64,000 bases of DNA from Epiperipatus broadwayi (taxonomy: Eukaryota; Animalia; Onychophora), in contig JAQFVV010000002.1 of assembly GCA_028023455.1 (NCBI GenBank), forward strand, positions 10,354,001 to 10,418,000, written 5' to 3'. The notes under the pieces were generated by a model. It was given only the letters and a program-made list of their open reading frames with translations, was not told where the DNA came from and made no database searches. The position numbers and the translations under genes are program-made. Below, one piece after another: positions 1 to 13,500 of the stretch (position 1 is its first letter; each line of letters begins with the position of its first letter).

Positions 1-541
1 AATGAAATTAGAATTATTAGAACAGAATATATAGTAGATAATTGTGAATCCAACTTGATCATAATATAAGTAATAAATGAATATGATTCAGTTAAAATGA
101 TGCCTGTATTCAAAAACTATATTATTACAAAATAGGGTTTTTATAGATTGCAAAAAAATTAATCCATTAAATATTATCCATTTATATTGTAAACATTCAT
201 TATGTCAAATTATTCATAATTGGGTATGAAGAAGAAAATGAAAAAGAAGTGTTCAAATGATTAAGGCAATAGACAAACAAATATTAATACTGGTGCTTTC
301 CATCAAAACAGTGATGTGATGAGGATATTCTTGTCATTTGGAGATTCTACTGAGAAATAAAAGATTCCTAACTTACTTGCTATACTTTTTACAATCACTG
401 GCAAATTGTAATCTATTTATAATTTCCTTCATAATATATTGGCAATAAAATACTAAATTCATTGAAATTATTATTTTATTTTACATGTTTAACCCTACTG
501 TATTTAGTTATTTCTGACGTTTTTCTTTGTCTCACATGTTT

Positions 542-915
542 ATGTAAAATATATGACAAAATGATTATTACTTATCAGAAAGTAACAAATTTAATTTCAT
601 TTGATAGATATTCTTGTTTACTACTGAAATAAATTTTAAATGTTCACATTTTGTTTCTGTAAATATTAAAAAAATGAGAATGTAATCAAAACAAAGACTT
701 TATATGTCATTTCTAGAAAAAATATTTTCAGTTTATGACAATGTAAAATATATGATAAAATGATTATTACTTATCAGAAATTAACAAAATTGACTTCCTT
801 TGATAGATATTCTTGTTTACTATGAAATAAATTTTAAATGTTCATATTTTGTTTCTGTAAATATTAAAAAAATGAGACCATAATCAAAACAAAGAGACAT
901 TATGCATCATTCTAA
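542..915. repeat. Local tandem duplication, about 200-bp unit, two diverged copies
   Basis: atgtaaaatatatga..aaatgattattacttatcagaaa..tgatagatattcttgtttacta..gtttctgtaaatattaaaaaaatgag..taatcaaaacaaag recurs at ~542 and ~741. Confidence 0.85.
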
Positions 916-1415
916 ATAAGTCATAGATCCAATTCATAGATCACATGACCATATCTCTTAAGCTTGTAAGTTATAAACTTGTAGAGGAATTGGCAATCCT
1001 CACTGTTTATTATGCATCATTGTTTCTAGAAAGATTATTTTCAGTTTATAAAATCAACAAAATCTTCTTTGTTTCTGAATAGTTTTAAAAACTTGAATGA
1101 ACAATTATTTATTTCTCTAATATCTAACAAATTATGTTTTAAAAGTTTAAATTTTTTAAATATTTATTGGAAAATTGTGATTATTTTCTTCCTCATAAAT
1201 ATAAGTAGATTCTTTATGTCATAGTGAGTCTCCAAATTTTCTTCAGGCCATATTTACATTAGCTTCTAATATAATATTATATTTTTGAAAATAAAGTATT
1301 TCAAGTCAAAATAAGTTATTAATTATTTATATTTGTTGATATCTAATAAATATAGTGTAAATTATTTTTTAAAAAAATCTAAAACTGTAATAAATTTGCA
1401 AATAAACATGTTTTT

Positions 1416-1493
1416 GCGTCATTGGAAATTTCAATGTCATAAAATGCCGAACATTTTATATCCTGGCAACACATAATGGCTGATCATATCAGG
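1416..1493 (+). promoter_or_regulatory. Candidate CpG-retaining promoter and first coding exon (ATG 1476-1478, MADHIR, donor AGG|GTGAGA at 1494)
   Basis: Several CpGs in 1416-1610 against a CpG-poor background. TGGCAACAC motif at ~1464 just upstream of ataATGGC, followed by a good splice donor. A possible second exon 1555-1581 (KVWANTGFH, ttttgcag / gtatga) is in phase. Confidence 0.3.
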
Positions 1494-2329
1494 GTGAGAG
1501 CTTATGTCTATTGTTAGAGCAGAAAATTTGAATTTCATGGGGTTTTTTTTGCAGAAAGTTTGGGCAAATACGGGTTTTCACGTATGATACTTACGGAAAA
1601 ATTCACCAGGGCACAAATTGGCCAAAAGACATTTCTCTGTCATTTCTCCTCATTAAATAAATATTTTTTTCTTCAGTACATATACATATATAGTATTCAT
1701 ATATATCATAATGGTTGGAAAGATCCATCCTTAACATTGATTATAGTATCATATTAAAAAAAAACATATATATTTACTTATATAGATATATCTAGAGAAA
1801 AAAAAGATTCCTTCTTTTCATTATATGAAATTTGCATGTTTATTAGTGAAGGATAACAATGTTTTATTATTTTGAAGCATTTATATATTTTTATTTATAG
1901 ATTTACTAATTTATAAAACATTGTGATTTTCTTTGTTTATTATCTTTGTTTGATTTTAATATATTTTGTTATTATTTTTTGTTTGTTCATCTTATTTTGT
2001 GGTATATATGTTTATTCATGATTCTGAAATTTGGCAATGATAGTGACAATATATAGAGTAAATAAAAAAAACTGTATGAATCATAAAAATCTTAATTTAT
2101 ATTTCAAAATATTTATGTTGTAAAATATTAATATTTAAAATATTAGTATTTAAAATATTAATACATATTTACCTTATAAATTAATTTGTTTATTTTAAAG
2201 ATCATAAACAGTTATGTTTGCATAGAACATACATATACATCTATTTACCATTGTAAAATATTAAGATTTTTTAGAGATCAATAGTTATGCTAACAGTAAA
2301 GTAAAAGTCAGTGCCTCATGAAAGTGTAA

Positions 2330-2800
2330 GCTCGATGCCAAAGTAACAAGGGGATTATTATTGACAATCATGATTAGAAGAAAAATAAATGTTGCTCCAT
2401 CAATTTTTTCATTTTTCTTTTACCTGACATAATTGCAAAACTTTATCTGGATTGATTCTAGCAAAGAATTGTAGGGTAGAGAAAATGTTGCTCTCTGAGG
2501 AATTTGATTCCCTTGCTTAATCCTTCCCAATAATCACCATCTGTAGGAAGAAAGAGGAATCATCAGCAGGCATACCTTTGAAGAGAAATCACTAAAAAAA
2601 TGACTAACTATTTCTATCCCAGAAATCAACTTAAGAATTATCTAAAAACATCTGAAATAATTGTGTCATCCTCCATTGGTACATCTCAGATCAACCAGGA
2701 CAATAGAATACTTTGTGAAAATCAACTTCAAATGGTTTCACAATTCAAGCATCTGTCATTAGAGGTCATTTGACATACTGATTCACTCCACACAAAGATA
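2330..2800 (-). mobile_element. Decayed Ty3/gypsy pol (RNase H region) remnant
   Basis: Minus-strand translation across stops and frameshifts gives TIISDVFR*FLS*FLG*K*LV / KGMPA..LQ / RW*LLGRIKQGNQIPQRATFSLP. This resembles the gypsy RNase H pattern IIFGVKKFHQYLYGRKF..KGIP..LQRWAL..PGK..ADALSRLP. Confidence 0.5.
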
Positions 2801-4039
2801 AATAAAAGCATGTCAGACAATTGTCAGCTTTCAAAAGAATGTAAAAAAAAAGAAATATTAAATGGTAATTGATCTGAGCATTTTTGTAGAATTAAAATAT
2901 ACACAATTGATTTAATTTTTGATTTATCAAAATAAATAATAAGACATTAGGCATTATTTATTACTTTTTTGGTTATTTTAACTTACATGCATTCTGTATA
3001 TATGCTATATACATAGTACACAACGAATGTTTTAAATTAAATTTATTATTTGTTTTCATGGGAACCATTTATATATATATAAAACCTATTATTATTATTA
3101 TTATTAAAGTTTATTTATTTTTCTTTTCATAACTGATTTATAGCTTCATCATAAGATGTGTTTGATAAGTAGACCATTATATCAATTCATATATGTATAT
3201 TTCTTTATATGTGAGACTAGGAGTTTTTTATGAATGTTTGGTATACTAGGAGTAGTATAGTTTAGTGATAAAATCTTATTAAATTCTCAGAATTAACTGT
3301 GACAGTTGAATGTATTAATTCTTTTGGTCATAATAGAGTTTTCATTTACATTTTTTTTAAAAAGTATAGTTTTAAAAGCAAAAAAGGTGTATCCATATTT
3401 AGTGCAGTATGAGGAGGATGTTGATATTTTTCTGATTGAAAAATTAATGTAATCCTACCTTGAAGAATATATGTATGATTTTGAATCATACTAATTTAAT
3501 AAAAAATATTATTTATCTATTATCATATTTTCTTTATGTTAAAGAGTAAGTGGTTCTCACTCAGATACAAATATCATTCAATAAATATTGTTAACAAATG
3601 TTGTGAATATGAATGATGTTAAAGTCAAGTGAAAACTTATAAAAGAAATGAATATTATATGTTATTGTTTGATTATCACTATTGCTATTTTAAAAAAAAG
3701 TAAATATAAATTATAATAAAAGATATACCACTTGTTTTACTTAAAGTGACTTTGTGATTTATTTAATTTTTTTTTATATAAAGTCATTGTATAATACTTG
3801 ATGTTGTTAATTTAATTTTTTTTAGAACATTTAAGTGCTAGTGCTTATTTGCATAAACATTAACCAGTTGCTATACTATTTAACATTCAGAATTTTAGAA
3901 ATATATAATAAATTATTTATAGCTGATCATTTGCAAATATAAATTAGGTTTAATAAAATATTACCTTTGTTTGTATTTTTATTTGGCAAGTAATCAGGTC
4001 TTACTAGTTATACTAAACCCTGAGATTAGGTTATTTAAA

Positions 4040-4360
4040 TGTTGAGAGAGGTTGTAAAGTTGAATATGTTTTTTTCTTATGTTATGAGTTTGGTTTATGT
4101 AATAGGTATTATTTCCTATCTCTATTTATTTATTATGTAATGATGATTTATAATTTTAGGATTTAGAGAATTAACTTATTTGCTCTCTCTCTCACACACA
4201 TACATTCTAGTTTTATGTTGTTTTAATTTGAAGTATTGGTTTCTTTATATTTTATTATTACAATTTGAAAGTCATAATTCATAGGGTATGCCAATGTTTC
4301 TCTTCACCATCTCTTGGTACCTATGTATACTATTACATTCTGGCACCTAATGTGGAGCTC
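4040..4360 (+). mobile_element. Probable LTR 3' edge followed by tRNA-Lys(CTT) primer-binding site (4341-4360)
   Basis: TGGCACCTAATGTGGAGCTC matches the complement of the tRNA-Lys-CTT 3' end (TGGCGCCCAACGTGGGGCTC) with 4 transitions, two at CpG. It follows ..tattaCA (4337) by 3 nt. The LTR 5' boundary is uncertain. Confidence 0.55.
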
Positions 4361-4693
4361 AATAAACATTTCAAATAGTTATAATTTTATTTTCCTTATT
4401 TTTAGTGTGATGTGATAAGTGATTTAAATGACCTTATGTTAATAATAATATTTTGTGATAATAATGCCTTTTGATTTGTATGGAATAATTATGTAAAAGA
4501 AAAATATATCACATTTAATGAGGGAAATTTTACTTGGGGAAAATTTTATTTCTCAGAAATGATTAAGATAGGTAGATTTTTCTTATGCTTTTGGTTAAGA
4601 TGCTTTTCTTTTAAGCCAGAATAGAAGGTGTACTATTTCCTCTATTTACAAATAAATATAGTGTTTTATAATAATTTATTTTATTAGAAATAT

Positions 4694-5014
4694 TTGATTA
4701 ACTTAGTTACAATGGAAAACAGTAGTATGATTAAGAGTCTAAATGAGTATGTGGAAAAGCAGGATAGTATTCTTAGGATAAATGGAGATTTATTAACAGA
4801 AAAATTTATAAAATGGACTGAAAGAATTGAGAGAATAATAGAAATATTGATGCAACAAGAACTAAATGCTAGTAAAAGTAATGATGATGGAATAAAAATA
4901 GAAAATGAAACAAATAACTCCGGAGTTAATGATTCTACAGTTGATGATATTTTGGTTGAAAATAATATAGATTATTCAAAACTGCAAGTTAGTATAAGTA
5001 ATGAATTTGAATAA
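4694..5014 (+). CDS. Short ORF downstream of the PBS; possibly a truncated gag-like N-terminus
   Basis: 106-codon ORF with helical, charged composition about 340 nt after the PBS, on the same strand. No motif recognised. Confidence 0.3.
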   Translation: MINLVTMENSSMIKSLNEYVEKQDSILRINGDLLTEKFIKWTERIERIIEILMQQELNASKSNDDGIKIENETNNSGVNDSTVDDILVENNIDYSKLQVSISNEFE

Positions 5015-5076
5015 TTAATATACACAACATGGTAGTGCTTTAATAAAATTCTCAAGATTAAACTAAATAAAACGAA

Positions 5077-5688
5077 TTATTCATCATATTGTGAATGTTG
5101 AATGCAAGCAAAAAAAAATATCAAGTGATTTTTGGTCTGGTGTACAATTATTCTATATTTTGTCATTACTTTCATGAATAATGGAATTATGGTCTTGTTT
5201 ACCACTATAATATAATTGTTGATATCCAGTTTTTTCTGATCAAGTGATGCTCTTATATTACATATACTACAAATAGAAAAAAATACATATTCAACTGGTC
5301 TCATTAGTTTGAATGTGTGTACAGAATACATCACATGATCATCATTTTTATGCTTGCACATAAATGGCACTACTGTATGGAGAGTTTTGCCTGTTTTAAT
5401 AACATTCTTAATATAATGAATAGAGTAATACAGGTTTTTTGTCATATTGTCTATCATTTCAATTAGTGAAAAAATCACTATATTAGTATCCATACCAATG
5501 TGAATTGCAATGTTCCAGTAATTATTTAAACATAAGAGTTCAATTAAATTATTATATGTAATCTTTTTACTGTAGTTTGAATTATTAATTTTGAACACAG
5601 ATTTTGCATTAGTTTCATTCAGATTGAAAGGTTGAATAATTATCTTTTTACCATTGTCATGTATTATCTTTATATTTTTACCAATCAC
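5077..5688 (-). CDS. Orphan 203-codon ORF of unknown function, containing a family-A repeat fragment in frame
   Basis: Longest ORF in the window, far longer than expected by chance at this A+T content, with A/T-ending codons. 5329-5404 matches family-A repeat ends (ctgtatggagagttttgcctgttttaa; catcacatgatc..ttatgcttg). Starts at GTG. Confidence 0.4.
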   Translation of the reverse strand: MIGKNIKIIHDNGKKIIIQPFNLNETNAKSVFKINNSNYSKKITYNNLIELLCLNNYWNIAIHIGMDTNIVIFSLIEMIDNMTKNLYYSIHYIKNVIKTGKTLHTVVPFMCKHKNDDHVMYSVHTFKLMRPVEYVFFSICSICNIRASLDQKKLDINNYIIVVNKTIIPLFMKVMTKYRIIVHQTKNHLIFFFACIQHSQYDE

Positions 5689-8600
5689 TTTATTTTATTT
5701 TATTATCTCTAAAAAATATCATTTTTAGCTTTCTTAAGTCTAATATAAAACTTCTTAGATATAATTTTAACTTAGCTTTAAAAAAAGTATTTTCACTGCC
5801 AAGTTAGAATCCAGTCTTAACAATCATTTTATTGTTTCTATTAATAATCAGAAACTATTTTAAATCTATTGTCTTTTAGTTAGCTAATTTCAATAAATTT
5901 CATCATTTCTCTCCCAGATTATATTCTGTTTCTGTATATTTTAATTTTAAGTACTTTTTGCTGTTTCATGAGCATGATGGATGATTTTAAACTTTAAAGT
6001 CATTTCTTTTATTAAATTAATACATTTGAAGTTTTCAGGAATTATAAATATAAAAATTATATAACTAGCATAAATACTGCCTATTATTTTATTGTTATTA
6101 TATAATTTAATTAGTTGATAGGATTTCTTAATATGTAACTTTTTAAAATATCTCTCATGTTCAGAGATATTCCATATTAATAATCTCAGAGGAGGAAAAT
6201 ATTTTCATTAGATAAATCCAAGAGATGATAACAGTTTTTTAGTAGATTGAAACTAAGACAAGGGCAGCTCTCCATTATAGTGGAATCTAGTATAAGCATG
6301 AGTAATCAATGATTATCAGATGAATATAAAATCCATATCCTTAGAATTTAAATCATTTTACACTAGATAGCACTTAGAGTGAAGAATAGCTTTATATTGC
6401 TTAAGCTGGGATGATTAGTGATTTGTTGTCATTATAATAGATTAAAGCTGTTTATTTAGTGGATCATGTGTTTGCACTTTAATTAATTATAACATACTTT
6501 CTCAGTATGGCTTTTTATAACTCTGGGCTTTTTGCCAAGTTTCTTTATCATTCATTTCTAATGACATGAAAATAATAAAACTAAATATATTTTATTAATT
6601 CAAAAAATACATTTTTAAAAATTGTTATAATAAAATGCTATTTATTATTTTTCTCCCAAACTTTACTATTAACCATTATGAATCAGTGAATAAATATCAA
6701 ATTGAGATGATACTGTTCAGAATAAATATATTTTTCTACAAGATAAAATGATTCATATAAGTTACAGCAACTTTAATGAATTATTTTTTAATTACTTTTT
6801 TTACGAGATGAAATATTTATAATACCACCAACATATAAAACACATACTTACAAACAAATCACTAATACATCAATGTAAAATTTGAATGATTAATTGGATT
6901 TTATGCTTTGGTGATGTGAATATTATGTGATTTTTTGAACAACTTATTATATAATAAATAATTAAAATGGATACTACTGCTAATCTAAAAAATTATTTTT
7001 ATCATGATTAAAAGTTATTTTGTATAAAAAATAATTTTAATCATTAGCATTTTTTTCAAGACAATATTCATATGCTTAAACCAGTTTTCTTATCCATAGC
7101 TTTTTTTATAAATATATTGTAATGGTATTGGTTTATTTTTGATTGAACCACAGTTGGAAGATCATTGAAGTGGTACTGGTTATAACATATGTAGATAGTC
7201 ACACTTGGGCAGCCTTTAAAATAATACAAATTATTAATATAGAGGAATGTTTTCCATTACAGATGTCTTCATAAATCAACTATAATATAAAGTTTTTTAT
7301 TTTATTTAAAAGATAATCAAACTGAGGATTCTAATGAAATACACAATTATAAAAATGTATAATAAAATTGAGAAATCATTGTTATATTTCCTGATTATCT
7401 TGACCTCCCATCAAGACTGGACTTACTCAAGATAGTAATTGCAAGAGAGTATCTCTACTTAAAATAGCTTATATTCAGATGCCAGCATTAAAAAATAAAT
7501 TAATGCACTATTTTAGTAATAAGGGGAAGGTGATCCATAAATTAATTCTCCAGCTGATTATGAATTTCAATTTATAATTTTATATTAAATAGTAAAAAGA
7601 TTAATTTTAGGCAGATCACCTAAAATGTGATATAAGATTAATTAGTATAAAAGTAACTTTGGAACAAAACTAGGTTTGGTTTTTTTTAAAATTAAATAAA
7701 AAAACTGTTAGGATTCATTTTTGCCTCCTCATAACATACATTTTCTGCAATACATGAGTGAATAAAGAAAATGACAAATGACAAAATAAAAAATATACTG
7801 TATAAATATCCAAATTTAAATAATCCACATAATAAAATATTTACAGTTCATTCACATATCTTTTTTATAAAGGCCTTCATTAATTAATTAATTATTATAT
7901 AAAATGTTTTACCAATATCTTTCAGAATCAGTTCAGTTAGAGATACTTTTTTTAATATGTTTCCTTTGTCTGTATCTTGACTTGTGTCATATTTCCTCTA
8001 TTTCAGCTGAGTCTTCTCTTTGATGATGATGTTTTACTCAATTTCCTTGGGTAATAAGTTATTTGTGAGACTCTGAAGATAAATTTGGCAGATGAGCATA
8101 ATTACTATTCAGTTAATAGATAAGCATTTGGCAATATACTGGAAATGCCAGAATAATGTTTTTATTCACTTATCACATTGAGTAGTCAGCAATGAACTGA
8201 TTTACCAAAGATTTTCATCTACCATAGAGAATATATTATAAATTCACTTGATGGCTTCCATAGTTTTAGATAAATGGAGATTTGGCTTTTTAAGATTTGG
8301 ATACCTATTTTGTGGTTGATTGAAATATGAGAAAAAATTTTTGATTGATCCAGTCCTATATAAAAACAAGATTGTTTTTATTTTAATTCTAGGAATTAAT
8401 TTTAGAATTTAATATACCTTTGAAATTCTCTCGTCTACTATATTTTTCGACTTTACTGATGTTGCTTAGCAACATTTCCTTAATTAAAACTCTTTTATTA
8501 CAAAAATAAAAATAATTTTAAAATTAAATCCTGTATGCATTTTATATTTTAAGTTTTCTTAAAGTATTAGAAGAACATAGAATATAAAAGATTAAGATCA

Positions 8601-9109
8601 TAAAATGTGTACATTACATTTAGAATTCTCTCTCTTTTTATTATTAAATACACTTTTATTAAAGCTTTTAATCTATTGTGGGGCAAAATATTAACACAGA
8701 TAGTTAATGAAAACTATTTGTATGTTAATGAATAAAGTTTCATTCCAATATACTATATATATATTAATAGTCTTTGTACCACTGGATGGAACAATATCTA
8801 ATGTTAATGCTTCTATTATGCGAACAACACAGCCATCTAGGATGCTTTCTTAACAGTTGTAATTTTATACAAATTAGTTATTTTATCAAAGGTAATCAGT
8901 TTTATGTTTTTTTATTTTACTACTAAACGTCTGTTTTTAAAAATAAAAAGTGGCAATTTTGAGAAGAAATGCAAATAATATGCTTTATTTAAAGTGATAC
9001 TCCAAAAAATTACATCATTTCAACTATTATTTAGTTCACATATTGTTTATTTTTTTAATTTCTTACTGCTTTTTTTATCCATTCTTTTTTTTTCTACCGA
9101 TAGTTAGTC

Positions 9110-9340
9110 CTGACAAACTCCATTTTTTCCTTTTAATTTTAATAATAGTATCAGTGTGAATATATTTGTTTTCTTATACCATAGATTTTGCTTCCAGTCT
9201 TTCTTTATTATTTCTAATATGCATCTTTCCATACTTCACTGTGGGTCTGGATTCTTTATATTGCTTTTCTGTTACGTATCCAAATTTCAGACCTACATAA
9301 AACATATTTAACATATATAAAGAATAGTGATCATGTGATA
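9110..9340 (-). mobile_element. Decayed RTE-type LINE C-terminal fragment
   Basis: Minus strand reads (Y)VGLKFG / SEIWIRNRKAI*RIQT across a frameshift, similar to the YGSETWTINRRAIQRLQT seen in the younger RTE at 32.5-33 kb. Confidence 0.55.
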
Positions 9341-10512
9341 TTTAATGGTAAAACATATTTGTTAAAACCTTTATTTTAATGTTGCTTTTATCAAAAGTAT
9401 TACATCAAAGTTAATTTTAATCTTTATTAATATTTGATCAATGTAATAATTGTTAACATTAATTAATTAATAATAATGAATTAGAATTTAATATACAATA
9501 ATTAAACTAATCAACTAATAAATAATATCGATAAAAACGGGAACATTTTGAAAGATTATGGAACATTCTTAAAAGTGTTAATAAGCACTTTGAAAAACAA
9601 TAAAATAGCAATCTTAATTAATCGATGATCAAACAATCTTAATTAAAAAATAAAGTATTCTTTTTTTAAATATAAATATTGTTTAATTGTAAATATTTTT
9701 TGCATTTAAATATTATAATGTATTCAAATAAAAGTAAAATATATATGGGTCTGTTTTCTATATATATCAAATAAATGTAAAATAACTGACATAAATGATT
9801 CCATATTGTTATGTTAGAGGTCTCTGTTACCCATAGTTATAATTTCCTTTTTCCTGCATAGCATATATATAAAAAAATCAAAGTAAGTGTTTAATAATTG
9901 AACTATTCTACGTGCTTTGATTCATGTTAACTACTCATTGGCTACGTGTGACCTAAAACGTTTTGTTTATTTATTTATTAATTATTTGTGTAATAAATTG
10001 TTTTATTTTGATTTTTTTTAATATTTAAATATTAGGTTTACATTTTAAAATACTTATTTGAAAAACATGAAAGTTGTCACATCATCTAATATAAGATTTG
10101 TTAAATCAAAAGGGCAGGAAATCTTCCAGCAACGTAATATAAATAATACATTAAAATTTTTTTTTTAATGTAATTAATTATCTAAAGTAGTTTAATTTTT
10201 ATTTTGAAATAAGTTTTATTTAATGAGTGTTTATTATTATTTTCTTTACATAAAATGGAAGTTTATTTTTTTATTATACTGTATCTTATATACAAAAAGG
10301 AACTTAGACTTACAAAATAAAAAATATTCTGTGGATTTTTTTCTAACAAGTGGAATTTGAAAGGTATAATTGTCTATTTGTTAGTCTGCTTTTCCAATAA
10401 GTTATATTTGCCTGTCTAATGAGATTTATTTAAACTTCTTTGAATTAATAATCTCATTCTCCTTAGTCAATTTGAAATCTTTAGTGTATATACAAACATA
10501 TTGGGACCAAAG

Positions 10513-10590
10513 GAGGTTGCCTTGACAACAGATTGAGATTGTTGTTTGTTATTAATATTAGTATTGTTTAGTTTGACTGTTTTCATGTAG
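10513..10590 (+). repeat. Dispersed ~80-bp repeat, copy 1, containing the X-box-like palindrome GTTGCCTTGACAAC
   Basis: Near-identical to 60046-60125 (gaggttgccttgacaacagattgagattgttg.ttgttattaatatt.gtattgttta). Confidence 0.85.
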
Positions 10591-13500
10591 TTATGGTTAT
10601 ATAATAATAAAAGTAAAGCTAAAATTATTTATTTTCAATAGTTGAATAAAGTCAGTATGCATGAAACTACATGAAAAAAAAAAAAGGAAATAAAAACGTT
10701 GTTATTTAGAATAAATTATTTTATAATGTTAAACAAATTTACAAACATAATAGGCAATGCATTTTGATTATATATATATAGTGGTCAGTTTTAATATATT
10801 TTTCTTGTATTCATAGTTATTAATCTCCATAAAAATTGCTATTGCAATATTTTAACAGATAAAAGTAGAATCAACTTTTAGAAAGTAAAATATAAGAAGA
10901 CTACAATTAATCTGAATACCACTAAGGTAAAGATTCTATTATTAAAACAGATTATAAAGTATTGTTTACTGCTTTATAAAATATATATATATAAATGTAA
11001 TCATATTCTATATTTTAAAGTGTTATATTGTTTGTAATAAAATAAATTTATACAGTTTCTATACAAATTATAGATAATAAAATTAATGTTTTCAACAGAG
11101 TTTGACTTTATAATAATGAAAAAAATGGCTTTAATTGGAATCTGAAAAATTCCCAAATACAAAAAACCTGCAACCAGGGATTTTGGATTAATAGAAGTCA
11201 ACTTGTACATAAATATACATTACATTTTATTAACTGAAACATAGGCTTATTATATATCTGTGTCTATATATGTAATATATAGGGTATATAAGCACATTTT
11301 ATTATAAAAGTTTTGTAGCAGACTTTTATATTCTAAAATTATAGCATCATGTGATTTATCATAGTAACTAATTATAAACAATTACTATTGGAATTTATTT
11401 TTAATTTCAATTCTCCTTTCCTTTTTCAAAGATATTTTTTTTAACTTCAAACTAATTATCTTTAGAAACATTTTACAAAAATAATGATCAGATGTAAGAT
11501 GCAGATTAAAATATTTTCTCTCTATTTGATTACTAATGAATAAATATGCAAGGAAGTTGAGAATATTTTTTTTAAATTATAAATTTGCTATCACATTATT
11601 AATCCAATATGAGTAATATGGTAAGATTTTATATCTTTCAATCTTTGGAGTACTAAATCATTGCACTATACATCAGAATTTATTTGAAGATCAAGATATA
11701 AATTAATCCTTTGATATTTTGGTATTATTCCTGCTATGATATATTACTCCTGTGATGTTTGCATCCGGTAATAATTATATCAAGTTTTCGTTTACGATAT
11801 CATGTCATTCAAGAAGCCTGGCATGACTAACCCATGCCAAATATATATACATTATTAACTTTCCACATATATATATATGTCACCAAGTTGTAAAACATGC
11901 TGACCTGTGTTCACTTCACTGCAATGATCTCCCCCTGACAATATATTGCATCTCTCACAAAATTTGTAAGTAATGCAGCTTTATATTTAAAAATACATTT
12001 ATAACTAAAACTTTTTAAATTTGTGTTGTTGTTTTTTATTGTAAAACTTTTTATATATATTTAGAAAATATTTAAAACATAAGGTTAAAGTTACAGCTTG
12101 CCATTTTTAGATAAAGCTAAAACTTTATCTTACAGATCACCATATTTTTTAATGTTAAATAAAAAATATAAAGCTAAAACTTAATGTTACAGTTCACCAT
12201 TTAAACATTTCAGAGTTCTTTTTCATATTTTTCCTTTTTCCATAATAAATATATCTCTCCATCATTGAAAATAAGATGTGCTATGTGGGGAAGGATGGCT
12301 TCAATGGCATGAAGGGCATAAAAATAAATTGCAACTACCTGTTTTTATCCAGTATCATATTGTGTTTTTTTCCTTTTTCCATAATGAATGTATGTCTCCA
12401 TTTTTTTTTAGATTAGAAATTTGATATTATACCTGACTTGATTGGATGATGTATTATTCCAAGTTTGTCATATGTTTAAAATAACATCTCCACATGTTCT
12501 GCAGACAAATTTTATTGATTAACTTTATCTGCACATTCCTTGGAGGCATTATTTTAAACATATCACAAACTTAAAATAATACATCATCAGAGTAATGGAA
12601 TAATACCAAAAGTACCAATACTTTTTCAGTAAGAAATATAATATTCTGAAAGTACTTGATGGTATCCATGCTTGCATTAAAACCTTCATTTCTACTAAAA
12701 AATATGGTACTTTTGACTTATGCCCCATGTGGCCGCAAGAGGTGCTGTTTCTATGTCAACCACAGAAATATTCAGAGTAGGGAACCAAAAGCAGCAATGC
12801 AAGTTCCAGCTACTAGGTGACACTTTTCACCATGTGTACACACAGGAACCTTATGCCAAGTATCTGCCAGCACTACTGGCCATTTGGTGGTGCTGATAGC
12901 CATAGGTAAACACATCTAGCTTACATCGTCTGCTACCAGCAATCTAACCCACTATGTGGTGCCAATGTAGTTAATAAATAGATTTAAATAGCATGTGATA
13001 CTATTCTGTTAGATATAAGTTCAAGATCAAAATTTTTTTATCAAAAATAATAATCTTTTATATTTTTTTAAATATTCATTTATTGATAATTGCAATAATA
13101 GCATTAAGTTTGCAAATGTTATTTTATATACAGTTTGAGTAAAATGTTTATTGTATTTTACACATTTACTTACTACCATAAATATTTATGTAAAAATATC
13201 AATTAATTACATGTATGAATTGCAGTATTTTAAATTTGTGTAAACTATAATATATCCTTTTAACCTCCATTTAATACATGCACATTTACTTTTCTTGCAT
13301 TTAATAAAAATGATTATTTAATTAACTTACACTGAAGTTTTAGAAAAAAATCAATTTGAGAACTGAAGACTTTTAAATCACTACTTAAATTATTACTTTT
13401 GGTCCTTAAGTGATGACCTTCTAAATAACAAATATATTTGATTTGTTTGTTGTTTTCTACTGTTGCATGTTTTATATGGAGTGCAAATTAATGAGCTGAA

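Noticed and set aside
2424-2540. Apparent 117-nt exon with strong splice signals
   Set aside because: All three frames contain stops; better explained as a gypsy RNase H relic.
8100-8230. Possible copia RNase H end (..FTK)
   Set aside because: Only a 3-residue resemblance among stops.
9526-9533. DRE motif TATCGATA as a promoter
   Set aside because: A single 8-mer with no supporting exon or other evidence.
12720-12970. GC-richer island as an exon or MITE
   Set aside because: No long frame, termini or second copy found; unexplained but unsupported.
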